A stretch of DNA of 63,998 nt, counting the filler, from Ionaspis alba (lineage: Eukaryota): the NCBI GenBank assembly GCA_964255285.1. It is 3 parts of 3 records of this genome, joined end to end, with 100 filler letters (N's around TTAATTAATTAA, not from the genome) between each part and the next. Parts side by side here need not be neighbours in the genome. Positions count along the whole stretch, not along the records: positions 1 to 23,699 come from CAXUUL010000182.1; 2 more parts are not named here. One strand, written 5' to 3'. Position numbers and translations under genes: made by a program. Shown here piece after piece: positions 1-13,192 of this stretch. The notes under the pieces were generated by a model. That model was not told the origin of the DNA. It searched no databases and was given only the letters and a program-made list of their open reading frames with translations. The first letter of the stretch is position 1, and each line of letters begins with the position of its first letter.

Positions 1-603
1 CACAATTCTCTTCACTTTGAGAACCAAGACATGCTAGATCATTTCGACTTTGATAGCGTTTCCCCGCCAATCTATGACTCTGATGTGGCTCTAAATGCCC
101 CTTTCATAAGACCAAGGAATTCGCCATCTGGCCCATTGCAGGAATTGGCACAGGCCGACGACGCTGACAGGCTCGCAAGAGATACAGCTCAGCCTTTTGG
201 CGAAGTCGCGCATGAGCAAAGAGAGGAGCCGGCGCACGACAACGACGCTGATGAGCTTGCACGAACAGCTGGTCTGCTTTTGGACAAGGTCCAGCACGAG
301 CAAGGCGAGAAGTTTCAGAACAGTAAATTTCTTGCTCTGATGCGGCAGTTACGTGACAAGGAGGTGCGCGTGGATGGGGATCAGATGGTCGACGTTAGTA
401 GCCCTTCAACTTTGCCAAAGGTCAGGCACAACCACTTGGGTCATGCCGATCTGATTACCTGCCGCGTCATGAAATGCGAGGTTCAAGAGGGCTGATAATA
501 GCCATAGAACTCTCAGCCGCTACATCCGGGAGGTGAGAACTATCCTGGGGGCCTTTCCGACACGACGAAGCAGGCGACAATGACTGATGATCCGGGTGAG
601 TGA
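1..603 (+). CDS. 3' part of Pex20-like PTS2 co-receptor peroxin (5' end outside window)
   Basis: Motif KFQNSKFLALMRQLRDKEVRVDGDQMVD typical of Pex18/20/21 C-termini. Intron 394-507 (GTTAGT..TAG) leads to NSQPLHPGGENYPG..., stop TGA 601-603. Confidence 0.7.
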
Positions 604-1970
604 GTCTCCGGAGTGTTCTGTGGATAAGACGGATCTGAGTAGGTTTCAGCAGCGAACTGGAATCTTGCTTATACTTCTGGGAACGGCCGTGAGCAACCGA
701 CCTTTGCTACGTGACTACCTTCAGATTTGAGCAAATCTGTTATCACGAATTCATCCCGGCAGGAACAGCAGTCGGCTCCTTGGATTTCTAGGGTTATTCC
801 GCAAACCTTCTTAAACAATACGTCTTCCCGAGCGTGGATGAATGGTCGTATCGCACGGGTTCCGCATTGTCTCTCTCGGGCAGATTTCGAGGCCCAAAGC
901 TTGGCGTCACACATTCGGTAGAGGTTGCTGGGTTTGCATTGTACAATTCTATAGAACTTTCGGCATATGCATGATCGGTCCATATGGCGGGCTGTTTAAA
1001 GGTTTCAGAAACGCATGAGCTGAACTATCATCTAAGTGGAAGTGATTGACAGACAGTCAACAAATGTGGTCCACGTTGATTGGGCCAAGCACCTTTATGT
1101 CTCGTTGGTTACTATTTAGACTTTCCTGGTAATAGCTCTCGGGAATCCAATCTTGACAAAGGTGCAGGCAGTAGTAAAAATGGAGATATGCTCGGAGGCA
1201 GGAAAATGATCATGTCCAGCTGACTTCTGGCCCGAAATCCGGATATAGACATGGAAAACTCATGATTCGGGCCGGATGGTTTTTCCATCGTCCACAAAAT
1301 CGGACGTTCTTACATGAATATTAGTGCCTCTATTCGTGCTACTGTGGACGGAATGTTGCAGTATCGGGGATCACCAACAGTATTATGTGATCGGAATTGA
1401 GAGACAACATGAAGCTTCCCTCCAAATTTAAAAAGGTGATTCTCATCGTAGGACAGGCCCGCTCTCATGCGTTGCCGTTGGCCTTCAGCGAGAGAACTAA
1501 CAAGTAATCAGAGTCATGCAATGAGATACGTTTACCATTTGGTCAATATGAGAGGGTCTCATCAAGTTAAGGAGATCTACTCCTAGGAAACGCAATTGAA
1601 GTGCGAAGTATCCTGAAATTAGCCTCATGAGAGCACGAGACACGTAACCGAGTCCACTAGGAGGATTAGAATCTCCGGAACCCGGCCCTGCTGGCAGAGA
1701 CCATGGAATTGCGGGCAAAAGTTAATGATGTTGAATTGAGCTATGCTGTCAATGCACGGTGCGAGGTCAAGTCGCCTATTACACATGGGCACTGGCGGTA
1801 TAGCAACCTTTCGCTGTTGGTTTATGCCTCTCCTGTACTTCTGTCCACCATGATGGTACAAACTTGAAGCCTTCTGAACGAATCGTCCAATCGAGGACGA
1901 AACATAACCCGTGGAGGGAAACCGCGGCAGGCTGACCAGCCCACGAAGTAGCAATTAGACGGAAGGAAGG

Positions 1971-4594
1971 ATGCCTCAGCCATTAGCTTCGAAGGAGCGG
2001 ACGCTCTTTGGACAGGTAGTCAAGAACTATGAAAATAAACAGTATAAGAAGGGTACATTTAAGTTCTCAAAAAGCGGCATTGTATCGGACTGATGTATGT
2101 TTAGGCCTCAAGGCTGCGGAGCAGATCCTCCGCAAGAACCCCAATCATGGTGATACACAGGCCATGAAAGCTCTCATTATCAATTCGCAAGGACACTCGG
2201 AAGAGGCGTTTGCATTGGCGAAAGAGGCCCTGAAGAATGATATGAAGTCGCATGTCTGCTGGCATGTCTACGGTCTACTTTGGCGATCTGCGAAGAACTT
2301 CGAAGAAGCCATCAAGGCATACAAGTTTGCTCTGCGGCTGGAGCCGGAATCACAGCAGATACAAAGAGACCTGGCCCTGTTACAGATCCAGATGCGTGAT
2401 TATCATGGGTATACGCAAAGTCGAAGAGCCATGCTACAGGCCAGACCTGCATTGAGAGCCAATTGGACGGCAATGGCAGTGGCTCAACATCTGGCTGGAG
2501 ATTTGGCGGATGCCGAAAGGACCTTAACGACCTACGAGGAGACACTGCGCTCGCCCCCACCAAAGACCGATGGGGAGCATGCCGAGGCCGTTCTCTACAA
2601 GAATTCTATCATCGCCGAAATGGGCGAGACCGAAAGAGCACTCGAACATATAGAAGCGGTGGGAAAGAACAATTTCGATCGACAATCAGCCATGGAGATG
2701 CGAGCAGCGTATCTTTTGAAGCTGGGTCGGAAGGAAGAGGCGGAAAAGGCATATCGTGAATTATTGGGGCGAAACGCAGAATACCGGCCATACTACGAAG
2801 GTCTTCAAGATGCACTTGGGCTACAGATATCCCAGATCAAAGAATTGAAAGAGCTTTATAGTCACTACGCTGAGGCCAATCCACGAGGGGATGCGGCTCA
2901 TCGAATACCACTCGACTTTCTGGAGGGCGATGATTTCCGGCAAGCGGCGGACAAATATCTGCAGAAGATGCTCCATAAGAGTGTCCCGTCCACCTTTGCG
3001 AACATCAAAGCATTATATAGAAATACTGCAAAACGAAACATAATACAGGAACTGGCCGAAGGCTATGCTGCAGATCCACACAATTCTCAGACTAACGGCA
3101 CTTCGGACAAGCAGGTCAATGGCGAGACTTCGCTCTTTGAATCTTTCACCCTCTATTTCCTAGCCCAGCACTACAACTACCATCTCAGCCGCGATCTCTC
3201 AAGAGCGATGGAGTTGATCGACAAAGCAATCGAGCTGTCCCCGAAATCTGTTGACTTTCACATGACGAAGGCAAGGATATTGAAACACTCTGGTGATCTG
3301 CGAAAAGCTTCGGAAATCATGGAGTTCGCCAGTACACTGGACGAAAGAGATCGGTACATTAACAGCAAAGCAGCAAAATATCAATTGCGAAACGAGGAGA
3401 ACGACACCGCGCTCCAGACCATGAGGAAATTCACCAGGAACGACGCAGTGGGAGGTCCGCTGGCTGATCTCCATGACATGCAATGCATGTGGTACATAAC
3501 AGAGGATGGCGAATCGTACCTACGACAGCACAAGCTCGGTCTTGCTTTGAAGAGATTTCATTCCATCTTCAGCATCTTCGAAATATGGCAAGAAGACCAA
3601 TTTGACTTCCACAGCTTCTCCATCCGCAAAGGTCAGATAAGAGCCTACGTCGACATGATCCGATGGGAGGACCACCTCCGCGATCATCCTTTCTTCTCCC
3701 GCGCAGCCATTTCCGCCATCAAAGCTTATACTCTCCTCCATGACAAACCTCAATTGGCACATGGCGCACTCGTGAACGGTGTCAATGGCATTAATGGCAA
3801 GCTTGACGTCAATGAGCAGAAGAAAGCGGCCAAGAAAGCCAGAAAGGCACAGGAGAAACAAGATCAGATCGATGCGGAGAAGAAAGATGCCAAGAAGACC
3901 GCCGGCGTTGGAGCAGACGGTGAGCCCAAGAAGGAAGACAAAGACCCCAAGGGCGAAAAGCTTGTACAAACCGAAGATCCACTTAAAGACGCTATGAAAT
4001 TCCTGTCACCCCTCTTAGAATATAGTCCGAAGAACATCGAGGCCCAGAAGGCGGGCTTCGAAGTTTACTACCGACGAAGTGAGTGATCTTTCTGATGTAC
4101 CATTCAACGTATTTGCTAACCGGGTCATAGAAAAATACCTCCTTGCAACCCGTTGCCTTCTTGCCCTTACAGTTCTTCAATCAAACCATCCCTCCACGCA
4201 CTACCAGCTTATTCGCCTCAAATACGCCCTCGCCAACACTTCTACTCCTCTTAACCCCAAAGTTCTTGGCGTCATCAATACAGAGCTCTCTGCTGCGTTT
4301 CCAGACCTGGAACCCCACCACGACCTAACGAAACTCAACCAGGAGATGTTGCAGAAAAAAGATAGCGTGCCGCACTTCATTGTGGGCCTGCAGTCAAGAC
4401 AGTTTCTAGAACCAAAGAGTCGGGAAAGTAATATAAAGGAACTAGTCGAGATGCTCCAGAGCGAGGAAACCGGGATGGACGATGCAAAGTCAGGCTTGGA
4501 AGTACTGAGGGAGTGGGGAGCAGACGAGGGGAAGTACTTGGAGGCTGCAAGAACAAAGTGGAAGGATGCTACAGTCTTTCAACAGAGGAGTTAG
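1971..4594 (+). CDS. NAT1: NatA N-terminal acetyltransferase auxiliary subunit (TPR; NAA15 ortholog)
   Basis: ATG 1971 MPQPLASKERTLFGQVVKNYENKQYKKG. Introns 2053-2104 and 4079-4130. Motifs SHVCWHVYGLL, DRYINSKAAKY, EDQFDFHSFSIRKG. Confidence 0.95.
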
Positions 4595-5295
4595 AAGGCT
4601 GGAAGGAGGAGGTTGTTGGGAGTAACGACCGTCGCTGGCGTATTTGTATCAAGGACTGATAGAAGGAAAATATATGCGCTATATGAAACCCGTGCTTTTG
4701 GCAGAGGGTGAGATACTTGCGTTTGTGAGCTTCTAATGCTCTAGCTGGTTCGGTTTGCGGACTAGGAGGTGAAAGACTGCGGCTTAGAATTTCAAGTGGA
4801 TATCGTATTTCTATGGCGGAGTGCACCAGTCTTCAGTCACAATCATCTCTGACTTTCCTGTTTGTACCATTGGATAAAAGTGGCATTCACAGAGGCATTC
4901 CATATGCGCGCCTGTAGGTGGAAGATAAATTGGGAGCATTTGTTATGCCAGCATTTCCCAAACACCGTCTCTTGTACGGATCGCTCCAACAGGCGCGAAA
5001 TAGATATCCAATGGTTCCAAAGCTGTGACCAAGTAGAAGACTTAGCTCAATCGACGATGAACCTCCGAGTTTGTTCTGTGTCTGGCGACAACGATCTTCT
5101 GATTCTTTTGCGGACCCGGCAACGTGCCACATTGCGCAAATGCTCCATCTGCTTAAGCAAGCGAAATCGGAGCAACGAGCTGCAGGAGTTTCCACACATC
5201 GCAATTAGACACTACGGCTGCCACCGTAGGCCCACAAGAGGCTGTCAGTCCGTGACAAAACCCTTCCTCTGATGATTGGCATTTCTGGACTGCCT

Positions 5296-7751
5296 TCATA
5301 GCAGGAACAGTTTTGAGCAGAACTTCAAATCCCAGCTCTTAGCATCTGCAGCATCGAAGGAGGAATGTGCACGATCTTCGAGATGAGCATCTACTAGACT
5401 ATTAGCCTGAGATCATCGACGGCGTATAAGCGTGACAGAGGAGCTTACGAGTAAGTTGTATAGATTGAAACCATTCAGTCGCGTCGCTGTTCTCGCCGCT
5501 TGTAGGGAGTAGGACTCCCGTGATAGGATCTGCAGCGATCTTGGGACTCGTGCCACGCATTTTGAGCAGCATGCAGATGAGATTGGAAAAATTCTCGCCT
5601 TGGGAGACGAAGTATGCTGGAGGATGATCAAGTGGCCACTGTCTAGTGTCAGACACTGAGAATTGCAGGACCGCGGAAAATTAGCGGTCATGGCGAGGAG
5701 CTACCTTCTGTGCGGACTCGTCGCTCCACGTCTGGAAGAGCCAGCAGCTCCTCTCGACACAATTCAAGAGGATGACGGCAGTAAGGAAAATTTCGAACCC
5801 TTCTGATTGTGAGCGCTGAAGTAGTCGTTTTTCGAGATCGTTTAGAATGCTCTTGAGTTGCCTTGCTGCGTGCTTTTCCGTCAAAGCCCGAACCTGAGAT
5901 AGCAGAAGTGGGTTGATCAGAGAGGATGTGTCGCTGCCATTCTGGGTAGTGTTGCTATTTGTGGAACTGGAAGGTTGTTGTTGGTCGTTTTCGTCGAGGG
6001 AGAACTGCCAGTGAACTTTGGCATTGACAAGGAGTCGTGTCGCGGTCCATAAATCAAGTACTTGAGAAAGGAGATAGTCCTGAACAGCGATCAGAAAGAT
6101 GAGTTGCGGGCGGGAGGAAGATAGACCACTCGCCCTCTTATCTATCGATAGCCTCAGTGCAATGGTCAGTGTGCTATTTGAGATATCAGAGAGCTCTAAC
6201 TCATGCACAAGAGGCATGACGGTTCTTAGATATCCACGCAGCTTCTCTGGCAGTGTAATGTCGTCGCCATCTAGAATTAAAGAATCCTTAACATCAGGAT
6301 TTTCGTCCTCTTCCAAGCTCTCCAGAGACTTCGCTTCACTAAATAGCGCTCCACAAGTCATATAAGCCTGGCTGTCTGAGCGATGTGAAGCCACAATCTG
6401 GCGAGAAGACTTCCTGAAATCGAAGCGACGATGTACATGGTCAATCTCTCGCTCTACAAGCTTTGTATAGAGCCCTAGCACTTTGTCAGTAGATGCTTAG
6501 GAACGGAGATAGATCACCCATGTACCAACGGCATAAAGGTCAAATTCAGATGCAATACGTGTACGCATGCAGGGCGTCTTCCACAATCTGGCACTCTCAA
6601 CGCTGGTACATGTGTTGCATGGGTCTCCGCCGGAACACTAAAAGCTCAATGAGAAAGGACAACATGGCGTCATCAAGGGGGACTTACCGTCTTCCTCAAC
6701 ATCCTACATCGTAAGCAGGCACCCCTCTTCCTGACTTCTTGAACCTCCTTCCGTCTCGAGTCACTGAATTTGCCTCGAACCTTGTGCACACGGGATGAAT
6801 TTGGAGGCGCTTCGAACTCACTTAAGGCTCCCATTGAGAGTCCGCTTGAGTTGATTGCAATGGCTCTCGGGAAGGTCTGCGCTCTTTCGAGCTGCGATGG
6901 AGACTGATCAGGACTTCTACTTAAGCTGCGGCGGTTTGCTGGCCATGTCCGCGATGGTCTATGAGCTTGCAGGGCGGCGTAGATGCCAGTGCGGCCAGTA
7001 CTGGCACTGCCACCATACGCATCCCGAGGAGAGCTCGACTCCGCATAGCAAGGGTCCAGATTACTTGCTGAAACAGCAATACTGGTAAGGCGAGTCGATG
7101 CTTCTGCAGCGGATGCTGAGCTCAGCAAGGATACATTGACTCCTGCAGAGCCGACAAGGGGTCCAGGATTGTCTGGAGCCAATACCGGCTCGGAAGCTAT
7201 ACCCAGCGAGGCAGCTTCCGTGTGGGCAAATGTATTAGCTACTGGCGCAGAAAGGGTCTCGCTTTCGACATACCGAGCTCATTCCTTAATCTGGTGGCAA
7301 GATCAATCGATTTATCGTAGGGATGGATATCTCGGAGACTTGGATCAATGGCACCATCGTTCTCCACGTCTCGGTCCACATCGAGAGGAGGATGTTCGAC
7401 CCGTCTACTGGCCTCTGCCAGAGCCTCCAGCCCGGTGAACTTCTGTCCACTACTGACTGGCAGTACACGTAAGATTCCCTTTCCAGAAAGGTCATTGGCA
7501 GAATCCCTAGCATTGAAGTAACCTGGAGGACGTTGAAGATTCTCTTCCATTTGCTGTAAAGCACGCTGACGATCTTCTGAAGAAAGGAGTGGACATTTTT
7601 GAGTAACGTGCGCTTTTAGAGTATCAATTCTCCCTTTAGGAAAATGCTCATGGCAGGCTTTGCAATGATATTGATATCGATTACTCGCATCTTCGAGTTT
7701 AGGACCCCTGTCAAAGTACTCCAAGATGAGCTGATTGGGTTTGCGACCCAT
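5296..7751 (-). CDS. Zn(II)2Cys6 transcription factor with N-terminal BED-like zinc finger (multi-exon)
   Basis: N-terminal CKAC..H..C finger. Binuclear cluster GACLRCRMLRKT|CSGGDPCNTC..PC is split by an intron near 6690-6640. Last exon ends SWDLKFCSKLFLL, stop 5296-5298. Internal exon limits approximate. Confidence 0.8.
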
Positions 7752-8197
7752 TGTCTTGAATCTGAAAACAACCCCATAGGATGGAAAAAGAACATGCGTC
7801 TCTTAACGGCCGCCCAAGCGAAGAAAAGCCTCGGTGTAGCTACGTGTTGCTAAAATGTAGAAGTTCCCCCTTGTCGTTGCGTCTCCCAATCAGAGAATGG
7901 ACCGTGGATAGGGCTGACGGGTGCCAAGAATTCTGTAAGCAGTGATACTTAACTCGACGCATCTTCACTGATTCACCATGAGCCGCATGCCTTTTGAGGA
8001 AGTTGCGACCTGGTATGACTTCTGTTTGAGCGGAGATATCTTAAATGTACACGTACATAGCTGTGAACAGGATGACTCAGGTCCATGAGGGACATCAATT
8101 ATGATTGAGAGATTTAAAAATACCTTGACAATCAGGCCAACCTCTCTCTGTTGTCAACCTCACCTCGCTGCCCACTCAAAAGCTCTGTAGACCAATC

Positions 8198-9832
8198 ATG
8201 GCCACCCATACGCCCCTTTGCATGCAGACTATCTCACAAATTCGCCTCCACCCATCCCATCCTCCTCAGGCCCCCACCACAATCCCTCTCTCCATCCTTG
8301 ACAACACTGTCAGCAATTTCCCCTGTTCATCTGCAATCTGGTTTTTTGATTGCCCTCCTTCTCTTTCTACCTCAAAGCCAGGCCATCCGCCTTTGTTTCT
8401 CTCAACCCCCACGATTGCTAGCCTCACCGCCTCTCTGACCCAGACTTTGACCCTCTACCCGCACTGGGCTGGCCAGCTGTCTCTTCGTACTCACGACCCC
8501 AATTGCGGCCACACCCATCGCTTTGGCTGCATCCAGATATCTTATGACAGCTTACATGACCCAGGCATCGAGCTCATCACAGCTCATGCATCGACGACTC
8601 TTTCTTCCCTCGTCCCTTCTGCATCGGCCCGTGCCACCTACTTTCAAGGCTGGGACACCTCGTCTGGCTCTCTCCAAGAATTTTTTCCTGCGACAGAACT
8701 CGCACTCAAGAACACCAAAGATACTCCCGGTGCCCCAGCTGTGATTGTCCAGCTCACCACCTTCACTTGTGGCGGTCTGGCCATTGCTGTCAAGATCGCC
8801 CATGTACTGGCCGATGCACAATCCCTCTCGAGCTTCATGCACGATTGGGCTCACATCCATCGTGAAGGGCTCGAAGAACGCATGCGTCACCCCGTTCCAC
8901 TCTATGCACCTGGGATGCTGGATGCTGCCGCTGCAGGCGAACTCGATGGCACTGCTGACCCGGCATTGGTGGCTGAGGCAAGAGCGCTGCCGCTGCATCG
9001 CTATGATTGGTGGGCATCGGACAAGGGCAGGCCTTCCTACCTGGCTGAAAGAACACGCGTGCCACCGGAGTTAGATCCGGACATCGAGAGATCGGAGGGA
9101 GTGGCAATGCCGTGGGACGAGTGGGACATGAGTCGGGAGGTTGCACACAGACTGCTCCACTTTAGTGGAAGGGAAGTCGAAGGGATATGGGAAGCGGCTG
9201 TGGCTGAGGATCATGGCACGTGTCTCAGTCGCCATGACGCGATACTGGCGTTTGTGTGGGGTCTGATCAACCGCGCAAGGGAAATGGATAACGATGAGAG
9301 AACGGTGTATTTGAATCTGACGCTTGGAGTGAGAGCACGCGTCGAACCTAAGTTACCTGAAAGCTTCCTAGGCTCACCTATTATACTTGCTAATATATCG
9401 ATGACGGGTATCGAAGCTTCTGATCCGGCTTCGCTGCCGCTGATGGCACATAATATCCGCTCTACGGTTGCAAAATTTCAACCCAAGGCTGTGGCTGCGG
9501 TACTGCACGACATGGCTCATGAGATTAGTCCACAGAGGCTCTGGCAAGCATTTTTGGGCAAGAGAAACATCATTGTGACGTCTTGGGCACATCAGAGGAT
9601 GTATGAGGTCGATTTCGGAACACGGGTGCCACCAAGATTTGTGAGTGCCGTGCTCCCAGATTTGGATGGAATTGTCGAGATCATGGAGGCAGCTCCGACT
9701 CCAGACAAGACTGGGATAGAGATCAATGGTAAACATTGGTGCAATGATGGTGTGGATGTTGACTTGCATCTCGAGAGGAGCACAATGGACAGGTTGCTGG
9801 CTGACTCGCTACTAAGAAAATACTGCAAGTAA
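8198..9832 (+). CDS. BAHD/transferase-family CoA-dependent acyltransferase, intronless
   Basis: 544-aa ORF with VQLTTFTCGGLAIAVKIAHVLAD (HxxxD) and YEVDFG (DFGWG-like) motifs. Confidence 0.88.
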   Translation: MATHTPLCMQTISQIRLHPSHPPQAPTTIPLSILDNTVSNFPCSSAIWFFDCPPSLSTSKPGHPPLFLSTPTIASLTASLTQTLTLYPHWAGQLSLRTHDPNCGHTHRFGCIQISYDSLHDPGIELITAHASTTLSSLVPSASARATYFQGWDTSSGSLQEFFPATELALKNTKDTPGAPAVIVQLTTFTCGGLAIAVKIAHVLADAQSLSSFMHDWAHIHREGLEERMRHPVPLYAPGMLDAAAAGELDGTADPALVAEARALPLHRYDWWASDKGRPSYLAERTRVPPELDPDIERSEGVAMPWDEWDMSREVAHRLLHFSGREVEGIWEAAVAEDHGTCLSRHDAILAFVWGLINRAREMDNDERTVYLNLTLGVRARVEPKLPESFLGSPIILANISMTGIEASDPASLPLMAHNIRSTVAKFQPKAVAAVLHDMAHEISPQRLWQAFLGKRNIIVTSWAHQRMYEVDFGTRVPPRFVSAVLPDLDGIVEIMEAAPTPDKTGIEINGKHWCNDGVDVDLHLERSTMDRLLADSLLRKYCK

Positions 9833-10170
9833 ACAAGACGTCGTCTTGAGGTGCGAATGTTGAGAAGCATCTTGAGAAATGTTGAAAGTATAATTTGCTC
9901 TCGATTCGCTTCTAAGGAAATATTGCACGCACTTATGTAGGCTGCCATGTCAAATGCGCCCTGACGCAACAAAGTAGTATCAGAATGACCAAAGAAATAT
10001 GCCCTTGAGACCTATGCAGCTGCTCCCTGATCCACATGAAGTAGGGTTCAAGACACATGATAGGAACGCAAAACTCCCATGGCGCCAAATGTTGTACACC
10101 TGAACCATAACTCATACACACATTCTAGACTTTAGTCGAAAAGTAGGGAAGACCACACCAACAGGAGGCA

Positions 10171-11117
10171 TCACCTTCGCATTCGTCTACCTCCTGTTGA
10201 ACTTCCGGATGGATAAGACCTCGAGGACCCGGATCCGTAACCGCCGGAGCTGCTGGGTGTCCAGCTTGGATTGCTTATGGCGCCCTGAGATGGTTGCATA
10301 CTTGACCTTGAACCACGTGTTTCGCCTCTAAGGCTCTCGAGTTCAATCTGTAGTTGCTCTTTCTCTCGTTTTATCTGCTCATAGGCATCCTGAAGGTTTT
10401 TGTGCTCATTCTGGAGCGCTTCAAGCTTGGTCTCGAGCTCATGCATACGTATTTCTGCATGCGGATCAGCTATGGTCCTGTTGAACTACGAATTGACCTA
10501 ACCTTTTCTTTGGCGGATTGCTTTCTGCGCGGCCCTGTTCTGAGCCTTGCGTTTCTAGTCATATATGTGAGCTTGAGTACAGTCAAGGAAATAGATGAGA
10601 CAAACCTCCTTGGCTCTTTCTCTCTCCGAGAGTGGCAGATCAGTTTGCTCCGGGATAAGGTCCTGGTACGGATCTGACGGTGGATTGGTGGGGTCATAGC
10701 CGGGTACATAACCCTGGTACGGACTGGGTTGGCTTGAGTAGGGCATTGGACCGTAGTCCAAGTCCTACGCATTCATCAGCTCTCAACACTGTTCCTGCCA
10801 TACAGATCGGGGAACGGAGCAACGCCAGCAAACAACAGCAAGTATTCCGTGGTGGGCATCAACGGTTTGACAGACACAAACGGAAGGCAGAGTGAGCTCG
10901 TTCAATAGTAGTTGATCTGCGCCTGAAACACTGCTCACAGAATGTCCCATTCATCATTGTACAAAACAATTTGTTCACATACCATAGGAGCGCTGTATGA
11001 CGCTGCCGATGAACGCGGTTGATATCCACTGCTCACAAATGGTAACTCGTTGAAAGTGTTGCCAGGCATATGCGATTCAGAGCCGTCTGTGTAAGGTGTA
11101 TAGTACGGATGGTCCAT
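10171..11117 (-). CDS. AP-1/Yap-like bZIP transcription factor (4 exons)
   Basis: ATG 11117 MDHPYYTPY. First intron 10982-10765. Spliced basic region KRKAQNRAAQKAIRQRK followed by zipper EIRMHELETKLEALQNEHKNLQDAYEQIKREKEQL. Confidence 0.82.
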
Positions 11118-13192
11118 GGCGTTCGACCACTTGTTGTTGAAAGTATGATGTAAGTGTGGTGAACTCGTTGAGCCTAATGCTTCTGGACGAACGTGAAAGG
11201 TATATAAGCTCATAATTCTAGTGTGTAGATGACTTGTGTGTATCAGAGAACCAACTTCGGTGCTGCTTCCTTCACGCACCCCAAATGTTACCTGTGTAAG
11301 GTTGTTAGGGAAGATTAGGCACAAAAATCCACCTAGGCAGTCTTTGGTGTGACACGGCACCACAGCCTCAACGAATGCGGCAATCCCCGAGGCTTAATGA
11401 ATACGGCTGGGAATATTTCAGGGACTCGAATGCAATCGTAATATATTTTCGCTGGCGTTAGTCATCTCATCGACCGCCCGCATACCTCTTGCCGTTGTTG
11501 CAACTTCTGTGATGGCCCTAACTTGCGCAGTTGAGTTGCCTGATCACCTGAGGTCGAGAGGCAGACAAGCCTTAGGGAAAGTAGAGATGGGGGCAAGGAG
11601 TTTGGGTGTCTTTGATAGGACCACTTATTGCGAAATCAGCCTCGGAGTACTCGTGGTTGAGATGGGGAGCCTCATCAGCTGTCTGCCCCTTACTGGAATT
11701 ACCTCGTTTGAGCTGCCCGATTCTGAGCAAGAGTAGAAATAAGACAACTACTAGGATGTAATAAGATGATGCTAACGCATGCAAGAGATAGATGCTGGAT
11801 CCGTTGCAAGGAGCGAAGTGGAAGATATTGTGAAACGAGAGACTGGAGTAAGTTACGTAGCCACTGGTTTGGGGAGTTTTGCATCCACGACAACAGGCAA
11901 CCACCTCGTCTACTCCAGCCTCAAACGTTCTTGCATGAACGATCAAAAGGCTGTCCATTTGCCACGATCGTGCAGAACAAAGTCGGCGAGGAGTAAGGGG
12001 AAGTTGTGTTGGTCATTTTCTCAACATGATTAGACGAAAACATCCGGAGGCTTTTCGAGTCCAAGGCGCATGTCTAGCCAAACACGAGGAATGTAAGTAA
12101 TTGGCAATCGTGGGGAATTGATTTGCCACGGGTCGTGTTAGACTTCGCCGATGATTGTGGAGGTGCTTGTGCTGCGCCTGTGGCCTGCTCGAGGCCTAGT
12201 ATGCCACACGGTTTTGAGTGGCAGGAGAAGTTGCCCTCGGAAGAGTTCATCCTGATCCGTTCCCCACCACCTCTACTTCGAGATCAAGCGAAGTATGTAT
12301 CCGTCTTCCAGGGTCAGACGCCGGGAAGCAGCTTGGCAGGAATTCTTCCAGATGTGGTCCCACCATAAGGTCAATACTGCTGGTTTAGTGAGATAAGCTA
12401 TTAGCCTCTTCGATAAGCGACCTTTCCACTTGGATACAGTCATCAGTCAGTATGAGTTCCCGAATATTATAATGAAGGCGTACTATTTTGTATGTCACCA
12501 TGTAGAGGTGTGACCTTTGCTAAAACAAATGTTTGAAATGTGCCGCAGGGTCGTCCCGCACCCGAGACATGTCGAGATGGCAGCTAATTGCAGAAGTCAT
12601 CGTGTTCAGACGTATGCCCTGGGCCAATGCGTTCGAACGACACAGAAAAATCTTTCTAGAGAGAGGTGTAGGAAAGGGGAGAGCAGCTTGCTGAAGGCCA
12701 AACGTAAGCTATCAGGTCGTTTTTTTTAGATCAGGTGATATCCAACACAAGGGAGCTGTGAAAGGACTTGAATCAGTGGGGTTGGAGACAAACACCAAAA
12801 GCCCCATGGAGGATAGAATGTGATTTGTTGCGCATGTGAGGTAGACAGTGCTGGCTGCAAGCACGGTATAAGCAGGTGCAGCAATTGCATGTATGTGCCG
12901 CTGGTAGGAGACGATGAAGACGACAGCGTTACTGGGGGTGTCGTTGCTTGTTGTTGCTATTCCTGGCGGGAGCTGCCGCGCTGCCACGTTTTTTCAGCCT
13001 TCCGGCATGTTGAACATGCATCCGCCATCAGCCCTATGCGCATAGAAATAGGGTGTGAAAGATGGACTTCGCGTTCCGATTCGATCGCCGACTCCAAGAA
13101 TTGTCCGTTGATGTCGAACAGCCCCCTCTAGCATTTCATTCCGGAGGCCGAAGAGGAATGCGCTGTGTCTTGTGTATCCACGGATCGCAGTT

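Noticed and set aside
10765..10982. 218-nt bZIP intron with ATGATGA and a late CTGA, as a possible C/D snoRNA
   Set aside because: The CTGA is the branch site, the spacing is long and no rRNA-complementary guide was recognisable.
12820..13131. Cys-rich 103-aa ORF upstream of HIR1
   Set aside because: Non-ATG start, no regular Cys motif, and located in the promoter region.
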